DNA from: an uncultured virus (IMG/VR IMGVR_UViG_3300020337_000002)
Lineage: Duplodnaviria; Heunggongvirae; Uroviricota; Caudoviricetes
Length of the DNA: 64,000 bases
Virus record (IMG/VR): IMGVR_UViG_3300020337_000002
Direction: 5' to 3' (one strand)
Positions 55,755 to 64,000 of this stretch are shown piece by piece. Position numbers and translations under genes: made by a program. The notes under the pieces were generated by a model. It worked only from the letters and a program-made list of their open reading frames with translations, was not told where the DNA came from and did no database searches. Position 1 is the first letter of the stretch. Every line of letters begins with the position of its first letter.

Positions 55755-57224
55755 ATGGCAATAGCTAGAATTTCAGGACCATTATTAGCGGCTAATTTAA
55801 AGAGAACGCTCAGTAATCTTGCGTTCGAAACTGATCTATTATACATCGGTGCTTTAAATGGCAGAGTGGGTGTTAGAACTGATAGTCCTAATGCTGAACT
55901 TAATGTTAACGGTCAAATTAATGCTCCTACTGTTTATGCCACAAGACTAACAGGTGGTAATTTAGAATTTAGTACAACAGGTGTTAGATCCATAACAGGT
56001 GATATCATCTTAAATGCTGTTGAAAATATTAAAATTGACAGATTACAAACTACCGGTGTAAGAAATCTAGAAGTAAACGGCAACGACATAAAAACATTTC
56101 AAAACAACGATGATATTGTTTTTGATCCTAACCAAAGTGGTAAGACACATTTCTTAAAAAATACAAAAGTTACAGGTAACGCAACAGCAACTGGTAATGT
56201 TACTATTCCAGGTAATGTAACAGTTGGCGGAAACTTTGACTTAGGTAACCAAGAAACTGATACAGTTGATTTTGACTTTGTAAAATTTACACAAGATTTA
56301 GTTCCAAGAGCAACAACAGATTTATTAAACTTAGGTAGTGCTACTAAAAAGTGGAACGATATAAACAGTGGCATGGCAGACATTGGTGATATAAACATTG
56401 ATACTAATGTTATAACTACAAAAACATTTAACAATAACTTTTACATTAGACCATCAGGTACTGGTGCTATTGTAGTTGAGGATTTGCGTTTTAGTGCAAA
56501 TGTATTATCATCTACAGGTTCTAACGATATAGAATTTAAGCCAGGTGGAGAAGATATAAGCATCACGGTACAAGGTGCTATGAGAGTTCCGGCTGGTACA
56601 GAAGCACAAAGACCTAGCTCATATAGAGATGTAAGATACAATACTACAACTAATTTCTTTGAATTGTTTTCAACTGCATATACTCCTTTGAGAGGTATAT
56701 GGAGTGAAGATAGACAAACTTATGTACTAGCAAATAACGACAATACTTTTAGTTTTGTTACAAATAATGCTACAAATACTACACTTACATCAGATGGATT
56801 AGTAACAAATAAACTAATTTCTCAGGATAATATTACTATTGATAATGCAAATATTACAAGTGCTTCAACAAACGCAAACATCAATCTTACAGCCAACGGT
56901 ACAGGAACAGTTAACATAGGTGACTTAAAAATTAACGGAAGTACTATTACAAATACAGGTTCAGGGGACATGACCATGACAACACTAGGATTAGGCAACG
57001 GAGGAGTTGTTCAATTTGGTGGTACTGGTGGATTTGTTATACCAGCAGGTTCAGTTGCTGATAGACCCATTGGACAATTAGGTGCAACCAGATATAATAC
57101 TGTACTAAAATACCTAGAAACTTGGGACGGTACGCAGTGGGCTAACGTATCTGGTGCTGGTGATTCTGTAACAGTTGAGTATATGGAAGAACTAGTTAAT
57201 ATCTATACCTTAGCACTGGGTTAA
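55755..57224 (+). CDS. fibre-like structural protein
   Basis: RISGPLL.ANL.R...LAFETDLLY N-terminus, beta repeats and two P.G..A.RP..RYNT modules. Confidence 0.65.
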   Translation: MAIARISGPLLAANLKRTLSNLAFETDLLYIGALNGRVGVRTDSPNAELNVNGQINAPTVYATRLTGGNLEFSTTGVRSITGDIILNAVENIKIDRLQTTGVRNLEVNGNDIKTFQNNDDIVFDPNQSGKTHFLKNTKVTGNATATGNVTIPGNVTVGGNFDLGNQETDTVDFDFVKFTQDLVPRATTDLLNLGSATKKWNDINSGMADIGDINIDTNVITTKTFNNNFYIRPSGTGAIVVEDLRFSANVLSSTGSNDIEFKPGGEDISITVQGAMRVPAGTEAQRPSSYRDVRYNTTTNFFELFSTAYTPLRGIWSEDRQTYVLANNDNTFSFVTNNATNTTLTSDGLVTNKLISQDNITIDNANITSASTNANINLTANGTGTVNIGDLKINGSTITNTGSGDMTMTTLGLGNGGVVQFGGTGGFVIPAGSVADRPIGQLGATRYNTVLKYLETWDGTQWANVSGAGDSVTVEYMEELVNIYTLALG

Positions 57225-57235
57225 TATCCAAAACG

Positions 57236-57360
57236 TATAAATACATATAACATAAAGCAAGACCATCTGAGGGAGAGAAGCCCGAAGACGTTTTATGGGA
57301 CATACTGTGGTTAACCGGCAATGTAATTAGGTTAGAGGGACAAGATCCCCGTATTAGGAG
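57236..57360 (+). promoter_or_regulatory. TATAAATA late promoter plus structured 5' leader
   Basis: Exact TATAAATA at 57236-57243, stem 57251-57297 and a three-way junction 57302-57354 abutting AGGAG. Confidence 0.6.
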
Positions 57361-57366
57361 AAACAA

Positions 57367-58842
57367 GTGGCTGTAGGTCGTATATCGGGTCCGCTTTTAA
57401 AGGCAAATCTTCTGCGTAATGGCGTAGATTTAGCATTTGAAACCGACCTTCTTTATCTGGATGTTAATAACAGTAGAATAGGTGTTAAGACTGCATCTCC
57501 TCAATACGATTTAGACGTCAACGGAACAACAAGATCAACAGATTTAATTACTACAGGAACATCATATATAGGTGATGTTAGAGTAAGTGGTAATACAATT
57601 ACTACAGTTTCAAATACATTAAACTTAACAACTGTAGGTTCAGACAAAGTTACAGCATTAAAGACTCTTGATATTGACGATTTAAGATTTGACACAAACG
57701 TAATTTCAAGCACAGTTTCAAACTCAGACATTGAAATACTTCCACATGGTTCGGGTAAGGTTGACGTACAAGGAAATTTAGCAGTTACAGGTAATATAGA
57801 TATTACAGGAAATTTAGTTGCTGATGGTGACATTACAATTTCAGGTAACGTACAGATAGGTGACGAAGCTACTGATACAATTAGTATCACAGCAGGTATT
57901 ACATCAGATCTAAAACCAGATGCAACTGCAACATATAATTTAGGTACTCCAAGTAAAAAATGGAATAGCATACACTCATCAGCGGCCTACATAGACGACA
58001 TAGTAATTGATAATAACATAATTCAAAATACAGTTTCAAATGCAGACTTAGAATTAAGAACAAACGGGTCAGGTTACATTATTGTAGATGACTTCTTAAT
58101 GAAGAATAACAGATTAGAAACAGCTACTTCAGACATGGTATTCAATCCAGGTAGTGGTGTTGTTAATGTAAATGCTACGGGCTCGGTTAGAATACCTGCA
58201 GGTACTACAGCTCAAAGACCAAGTGTACCAGCAACAGGAATGATACGTTACAACACCACTACTTCAAAGTTTGAAGGTTATGATGGTAACTGGATTGTAC
58301 TAACAGGTGTGTATGATTTAGATGCTGACACTTATATTACAGCAGAATTAACACCTGGTGCAAATGATAACACTATTAGATTTTACTCTAATGGTAACTT
58401 AATTGCAAATATTACAGAAACAGAATTTAATGTTGCTAAGATTAACGTAGATAGCATACAAATTGACGGCAACACTATTAGTACAACTACTGCAAATACA
58501 GACCTTAATTTAACACCAAACGGCACAGGCGGTGTACAAATAGATAATTTTAATATCAGCGGAAGTACTATAAATAACACTAGTAGCGGTGCTACAAGTG
58601 TGTTAGATCCAGGTACTGGATTCTTTAAAATTGAAGGTACAGATGCATTTATAGTTCCAGCTGGTACAGGTGCCCAACGTCACGCAAGTCCTATTTTAGG
58701 AATGACACGTTGGAACACAACAGATGGAAGACTAGAAATATATGATGGAACAGTATGGGACACAGTTGCAGGTAGTTCTGGAGCAGTTTCTCAAACAGAT
58801 GCACAAAACATCGCATTAGAATTAGTATTAAGTTTAGGATAA
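57367..58842 (+). CDS. fibre-like structural protein, paralogue of 55755..57224
   Basis: GTG start with AGGAG RBS; same N- and C-terminal motifs and near-identical length. Confidence 0.65.
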   Translation: MAVGRISGPLLKANLLRNGVDLAFETDLLYLDVNNSRIGVKTASPQYDLDVNGTTRSTDLITTGTSYIGDVRVSGNTITTVSNTLNLTTVGSDKVTALKTLDIDDLRFDTNVISSTVSNSDIEILPHGSGKVDVQGNLAVTGNIDITGNLVADGDITISGNVQIGDEATDTISITAGITSDLKPDATATYNLGTPSKKWNSIHSSAAYIDDIVIDNNIIQNTVSNADLELRTNGSGYIIVDDFLMKNNRLETATSDMVFNPGSGVVNVNATGSVRIPAGTTAQRPSVPATGMIRYNTTTSKFEGYDGNWIVLTGVYDLDADTYITAELTPGANDNTIRFYSNGNLIANITETEFNVAKINVDSIQIDGNTISTTTANTDLNLTPNGTGGVQIDNFNISGSTINNTSSGATSVLDPGTGFFKIEGTDAFIVPAGTGAQRHASPILGMTRWNTTDGRLEIYDGTVWDTVAGSSGAVSQTDAQNIALELVLSLG

Positions 58843-58845
58843 AGC

Positions 58846-59175
58846 ATGGCAACGTTTTTTAAAAATAAAGTAGTAAAGCAAGTAGGAGTAGTACCAGTAG
58901 AAATACTATCTGTTCCTGTAGGCTCCAAGGTTACTGCTATTGGTTTATCGATTGCAAACTTATTAGATGGTAATACTAGAGTTAGTATTCAAGTCAAAGA
59001 CGAAACTAGTGTAACGGGATATTATGTTAAAGACGTTATGATAGCCCCGAACGCCAGTTTAAGAGCAATCAATGGAGGCGAGAAATTAGTCTTGCCGGCA
59101 ACAAATGGAGTTATTATCACAGCAGATCAAAATGATGCTGTAGATGTAATTCTAAGTTATGTGGAGATCGTATAA
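58846..59175 (+). CDS. small beta-sandwich structural protein
   Basis: GEKLVL...ILSYVEI; paralogous to 54672..55004. Confidence 0.6.
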   Translation: MATFFKNKVVKQVGVVPVEILSVPVGSKVTAIGLSIANLLDGNTRVSIQVKDETSVTGYYVKDVMIAPNASLRAINGGEKLVLPATNGVIITADQNDAVDVILSYVEIV

Positions 59176-59576
59176 TGAGTTTTAATTACGTAGGACAAGC
59201 ACCATTACAAGGTGATACAGACGAACGTTATTTCTACGCATTACGTAGAGATGATGATGGACAAATGTTTATTCAAAAAGTAGACATGGCATCTCCAACA
59301 GATTCAGCACAAATTAACAGACCAGGTGGTACTGATGGTAACTATACAGAGTTTCAATCAGGTGAGGACTTCTTTGAGGGAAGAAATCCAAACCATGTAT
59401 TAGTTTTTGATAACTTACTTTACGAACAAATGCGTTGGGACGATAAAAACATTTACTATTATGTAAACAGTGAAGGCGAACTTGTTTTAAGAGTCAATAC
59501 AAAATACGAATATGACAACGGTCTTTCAAGTGATCATTTAGAATTTGGTCAGAACGCAACAGGATACGCAGGGTAA
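59175..59576 (+). CDS. hypothetical structural-module protein
   Basis: 133 aa, coupled on both sides by TAATG overlaps. Confidence 0.7.
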   Translation: MSFNYVGQAPLQGDTDERYFYALRRDDDGQMFIQKVDMASPTDSAQINRPGGTDGNYTEFQSGEDFFEGRNPNHVLVFDNLLYEQMRWDDKNIYYYVNSEGELVLRVNTKYEYDNGLSSDHLEFGQNATGYAG

Positions 59577-62500
59577 TGGCACAATTTAATTTAGCAAGAA
59601 TACGTTATAACTGGAAAAATGTTTGGTTACCAGGTGCAACATATATCAAAGATGATATTGTTCGTAATGGTGGTAACACTTACATCTGTATGGTTGGACA
59701 CGTTTCCGATCAAACAAGTTTTAAAACAGACTTAACTGCAACCCCAGGTAAGTGGTTATTAAACGCAGAAGGTTATGCTTGGAAAAACAACTGGCAAGTT
59801 AACGTAAGATATGCTGTAAATGATTTGTTCAAATACAATGGTGTAATTTATAGGGTATTAGAAGAACATCTTTCAAACTCAAACGCAACAACAGGTATCT
59901 CAGCTGACTTAGGTAAGTTACAAGCCTATGCAAAAACTCCTAACTGGAGAATAGATTGGACACCTGCAACAAGATACAGAGTAGATGATTTAGTTAAGTA
60001 TGGTGGAATTTTATATCAGTGTTTAGAAGAACATACTTCATCAACTACAGTAGCAGGACTAGAACAAGATCAATCAAGATGGGACATCGTTGCAAGAAGT
60101 GACGATTGGAAATCTAATTGGACAGTAAGTACAAGATATGTAAAAGATGATCTTGTAAGATATGGAGCAACACTTTACAGATGTAACACAGGACATACTT
60201 CAGCAACAACAACTATATTAGGATTAGAACAAGATTCAGCTAAATGGGATACCGTACTTGAAGGTATAGTTTACAAAGGTGAGTGGCAAGGTAATTTAGA
60301 CTCGTCAGGTATTAGATATAAAGTTGGAGATATTGTAAAATATGGTCCTACATTATGGAAATGTAAAACTGCTCACAGTTCATTAGCAAGTTTCGACGAA
60401 GCAAAATTTGACATATGGTGTCCTGGATTAGGTTATGAAGCTGTTTGGAATAGTGCGGCAGTTTACCAACCAGGTGACATTGTAATATACGGAGGATACA
60501 CTTATGTATCAATGACTAATAACACATCTAGTCCTCCAAGTGTTACTGGTGTGTTCTACGAAGGTGAAAGTTTACAAGGTTTATACGACTGGGAATTAAT
60601 GATAACCGGTTACCAAATGAAAGGTGAGTGGGATAATGGTACTGCTTACAGAACTGGTGACGTTGTTAGAAATAAAGGTTTTGTTTATATTGCTGTTAGA
60701 GATAGTACTGGACAACAACCAGATGCATTAGATCCAGAGTCAAGAGGATATTACGATCCAGGTTCAACTAGATCAACTGAAGGTTCAGTTAATATGTACT
60801 GGCAGTTATTGATCACTGGTATCTATTACAGAGGAGAGTGGTTAACTAGTCAAGCATACGTACTTGGAGATATTGTTGCACACAAAGGAACTACTTATAA
60901 ATGTATACAAGCACACGCAGGTGATGATTCATCACTTGTTACTCCAGACTTAGATACAACAAACAGTTATTGGGTCACATACATTGGAGGTACGCCAGGT
61001 AACGTATTACAATATAGAGGTGACCTTAGAACACATGATGGCAGTAACCATACAAAATTAGCAATTGGTTCACCAGGACAAGCATTAAAAGTTGTTAATG
61101 GAACAGGTACTTGGGAAAGACTTGGAGAAGTTGCAAAAGTTTATTATGTTGCTCCAGGTGGAAAAGACGATGCAGGATTTGGATTAACAATTAGTGCTCC
61201 ATTTGCCTCAATCAAATATGCAACACAATATATTTTACAAGATGAAGCCAACAGAGCTCCTGCAACAATTTTTGTTAGCACAGGACTTTATGAAGAAATT
61301 ACTCCGATTAATGTACCGGCTGGAGTTGCTATTGTTGGAGATGAATTAAGAAGTACAACTGTTAAACCTAGAGTAGGTTATGAAACTCTTGATATGTTTA
61401 GAGTTAGAAATGGTTGTGGAATAAGAAACATGACACTACAAGGTATGAGTGGTGTACTAGGAAGTGCTGATAACTATGGTGCACAGGTTCCTAACACAGG
61501 TGCTTACGTGGCACTTGATCCAGGATCAGGACCAGCAGACACTAGTGTATGGATTACAAACAAATCAACTTATGTACAAAACGTTACAACAATAGGAACA
61601 GCTTGTATCGGAATGAAAATTGACGGTGCATTACACAATGGTGGTAACAAATCAATTGTTGCTAATGACTTTACACAGGTTATAACTGATGGTATTGGTA
61701 TGTGGTGTAACGCAGATGGTAAGTCAGAGCTTGTATCAGTGTTTACATATTATTGTCACATTGGTTACTATTGTACAGCAGGTGGTAAGATACGTGCTAC
61801 AAACGGTAACAACTCATATGGAAAATATGGATCATTTGCAGAAGGAGAACTTGCAAGTGAAACACCTATTACTTGTACATTGAACAATAGATATTATGAT
61901 GCAGAAGCACCAGTTGTTTACAACAACGCAAATAAGATTTTTGGATTAGGTTACACACACGCAGGTGAGGCTTATGATGATGCAACATTTACAGTTACAG
62001 GTTCAGGTTCAGGTGTTGAAGTTGATAACGATTTCATTGAACAACGTAACGCAAGTATTTCAGAAATAAGAATGCTTGATCCAGGTGATTCAAGTTTACC
62101 TGGAGGTAGAGGACACTTAACAGGTATAAGAAACTCTGCACAAAGCGGAACTAACCTTAATATTAAGATTGCACAATCAGATGCTGAAACTACTCCTGCA
62201 AAATATGTAGGTAGAGCAATACTTACAGTAAGTAATATTTCAGCGGCAGATCCAACTAGAGTAGGTAATCCATTAGATGCACCTTACACTTATACGGGTG
62301 TTACAGGAACTTCAAACAATCCGTTTGCAACTACATCACTAATGACGTTTACTGTTGTTATTGATAACACAGGCGCCGCGTCAGTTACAGTAACCAATGG
62401 CGGTGACAGTCATAGAATTGGAGATACAATTACAATCTTAGATTCAGCATTAGGTAACTTTGGAGCGGCAAACTTAACATTCCAAGTTGGAACAATAAGT

Positions 62501-64000
62501 GAATCAATGCTAATCTTTATTGAAGAAGGTAAAGGTGTTGGACAATATGCAATCATAGATGAATACTTTATAACTACTAAACAAATTAACTGTATTAGAC
62601 CATCAGATGGTAAACGTGGTTGGGATCATATTGTTCCAGGTACTGCTATTGAAACAAGTTTAGATGGTTCAACAACTTATAGAATTGAACCAAGAATTGA
62701 AGTTGCAAAACCAACTTATGCAACAGCATCAAACAACACAAATATTACAGACACATGGCAACCAGTTGCTGGTGGTGTTGGAACTACTATGGTAGCCTTT
62801 CCGGCAACACATTCCAACAAAGCACTTTACAGTGACGCAGGAGGATCAAGTTGGTCAGCGGCAATAGTTGATAACGATTTTGTAAGACCAACGTGTATGG
62901 TAAAATGTAAAGGTAAATTAAAATACTTTATTGCATTAGGTAATGGAACTAAAGCTAACTTATCAACAGCAGGTACAGCCTGGGGTTCAACAGCTTATAA
63001 TATTACTCAACGTCCTTGGGTTGATATTGCAGAAGGACCTTTTAGTGCTACATCACATACTGTCTATGCAATAGCAGACGATTCAGATGAATTAGCAAAA
63101 TCAACGACAGACGGAACATCATGGACTTATGTAAGTTCAGGTATGGGAACAGGACTAAAACATATTAGATACGGTAACGGTAAATGGATGGCTGTTAAAG
63201 CAGACGGTACCGCTTACGAAAGTATTGATAACGGAACAACTTGGACATCAACAACAAGAGTTTGTCCAACAACTTATAACGTAACAGACTTTGCATACGG
63301 TAATGGATTATTTGTAGCGGCAGTAAAACCAAACGGAACTGCTTCGTTTCCATTTAATCCTGCAACACCGTCAACAGCAATTAGTGATGGAACGTCAGCA
63401 ACTACAATGACGTTTGGTTTACCTTCAACTTTTTATATTAGTGATACTAATTCTTCAGAAGGTGCCAACAATGCAACTTGGAGACCAGTAGCAAGTTCAG
63501 GTATTATTAATGAACTTGAATGGGGATTAGATTATAGCGATGGTGTTTTCTGTGCAGTTGATACAGCAGGAAATATAAGAACTTCAGATGGTGGCGATGT
63601 TTGGGTAACACAAAGTCAAATTACTCCTCCAGCTGGTGCGTTTAGACCAAAAGTAAATCCAATGACAGGTGGTGCAGGACCTAAGTTCTTAGTTATAGAT
63701 TCAAGTTCTACTGCAACTGTTAACAGTATTAAGACAGGTGCTCAAGCACAAATGAGAGCAACCACAGACACAGGTAGAATTACAAAATTTGTAATGACAG
63801 AAACTGGATCAGGATATGACTCAGCTAACCCACCTGTGATACATATTCACGATACACAGAAAACACAAGAAGCTAACATTCAAGTTAGAATAAAAGATAG
63901 AGTACTTGGACAACCAATATTTAAAAACAGAGGTGCATTGTATACTAAATTTAATGCAGTAACAATCGTAGGTAACGGATTTATTGACAAGTATCAAACT
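59576..64000 (+). CDS. large adhesin/tailspike-like protein, runs off the right edge (absent from ORF track)
   Basis: ATG 59576, MAQFNLARIRYNWK...; CBM5/12-like repeats W....Y..DD.V.YGG..Y.C...H.S, a beta-helix-like region (YYVAPGGKD, VAIVGDELRST) and Asp-box-like SxDxGxxW repeats. Frame spot-checked at start, middle and end, not every codon. Confidence 0.8.
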   Translation, partial: MAQFNLARIRYNWKNVWLPGATYIKDDIVRNGGNTYICMVGHVSDQTSFKTDLTATPGKWLLNAEGYAWKNNWQVNVRYAVNDLFKYNGVIYRVLEEHLSNSNATTGISADLGKLQAYAKTPNWRIDWTPATRYRVDDLVKYGGILYQCLEEHTSSTTVAGLEQDQSRWDIVARSDDWKSNWTVSTRYVKDDLVRYGATLYRCNTGHTSATTTILGLEQDSAKWDTVLEGIVYKGEWQGNLDSSGIRYKVGDIVKYGPTLWKCKTAHSSLASFDEAKFDIWCPGLGYEAVWNSAAVYQPGDIVIYGGYTYVSMTNNTSSPPSVTGVFYEGESLQGLYDWELMITGYQMKGEWDNGTAYRTGDVVRNKGFVYIAVRDSTGQQPDALDPESRGYYDPGSTRSTEGSVNMYWQLLITGIYYRGEWLTSQAYVLGDIVAHKGTTYKCIQAHAGDDSSLVTPDLDTTNSYWVTYIGGTPGNVLQYRGDLRTHDGSNHTKLAIGSPGQALKVVNGTGTWERLGEVAKVYYVAPGGKDDAGFGLTISAPFASIKYATQYILQDEANRAPATIFVSTGLYEEITPINVPAGVAIVGDELRSTTVKPRVGYETLDMFRVRNGCGIRNMTLQGMSGVLGSADNYGAQVPNTGAYVALDPGSGPADTSVWITNKSTYVQNVTTIGTACIGMKIDGALHNGGNKSIVANDFTQVITDGIGMWCNADGKSELVSVFTYYCHIGYYCTAGGKIRATNGNNSYGKYGSFAEGELASETPITCTLNNRYYDAEAPVVYNNANKIFGLGYTHAGEAYDDATFTVTGSGSGVEVDNDFIEQRNASISEIRMLDPGDSSLPGGRGHLTGIRNSAQSGTNLNIKIAQSDAETTPAKYVGRAILTVSNISAADPTRVGNPLDAPYTYTGVTGTSNNPFATTSLMTFTVVIDNTGAASVTVTNGGDSHRIGDTITILDSALGNFGAANLTFQVGTISESMLIFIEEGKGVGQYAIIDEYFITTKQINCIRPSDGKRGWDHIVPGTAIETSLDGSTTYRIEPRIEVAKPTYATASNNTNITDTWQPVAGGVGTTMVAFPATHSNKALYSDAGGSSWSAAIVDNDFVRPTCMVKCKGKLKYFIALGNGTKANLSTAGTAWGSTAYNITQRPWVDIAEGPFSATSHTVYAIADDSDELAKSTTDGTSWTYVSSGMGTGLKHIRYGNGKWMAVKADGTAYESIDNGTTWTSTTRVCPTTYNVTDFAYGNGLFVAAVKPNGTASFPFNPATPSTAISDGTSATTMTFGLPSTFYISDTNSSEGANNATWRPVASSGIINELEWGLDYSDGVFCAVDTAGNIRTSDGGDVWVTQSQITPPAGAFRPKVNPMTGGAGPKFLVIDSSSTATVNSIKTGAQAQMRATTDTGRITKFVMTETGSGYDSANPPVIHIHDTQKTQEANIQVRIKDRVLGQPIFKNRGALYTKFNAVTIVGNGFIDKYQT

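Noticed and set aside
39719..58580. Minus-strand ORFs such as 44523..45536 (337 aa) and 48629..49402 (257 aa)
   Set aside because: Low-complexity Ser/Pro/Ala-rich mirrors of biased sense-strand codons.
61689..61883. 64-aa plus-strand ORF in the track
   Set aside because: Out-of-frame overlap within the large ORF starting at 59576.
1..64000. Stop-codon recoding, CRISPR array, diversity-generating retroelement or intein
   Set aside because: Genes are intact in code 11 with TAA, TAG and TGA all used as stops; no repeat-spacer array, reverse transcriptase, template/variable repeat pair or intein motif was seen by eye.

Overview
A 64-kb, AT-rich, gene-dense segment of a large T4-related myovirus genome in the standard genetic code. 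The giant baseplate protein and 388-aa capsid protein suggest a jumbo phage, possibly related to the Rak2/GAP32-like group (inference). Left to right: (1) a minus-strand late block with two GT-A glycosyltransferase-like paralogues, fibre and baseplate proteins, a 4911-aa wedge protein and gp6, gp25, gp5-like, hub, gp53-like and tube-initiator genes; (2) a plus-strand sigma70-driven block with gp55, gp47, gp46, a SufE-like gene and a small GIY-YIG nuclease followed by about 400 nt of densely structured non-coding sequence; (3) two putative internal head proteins, a tail-assembly chaperone with an apparent -1 frameshift and a divergent tape measure gene; (4) the head module (portal, Maf/DUF115-like gene, scaffolds, protease, major capsid), then a promoter-bearing ~217-nt structured RNA candidate; (5) further structural genes and a large adhesin-like ORF running off the right edge. 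TAAATA late promoter boxes precede most structural units, and four carry a palindromic upstream element. No tRNA, rRNA, CRISPR array, integrase or reverse transcriptase was recognised. All calls come from motif recognition and manual base-pairing; no database search or folding software was run.
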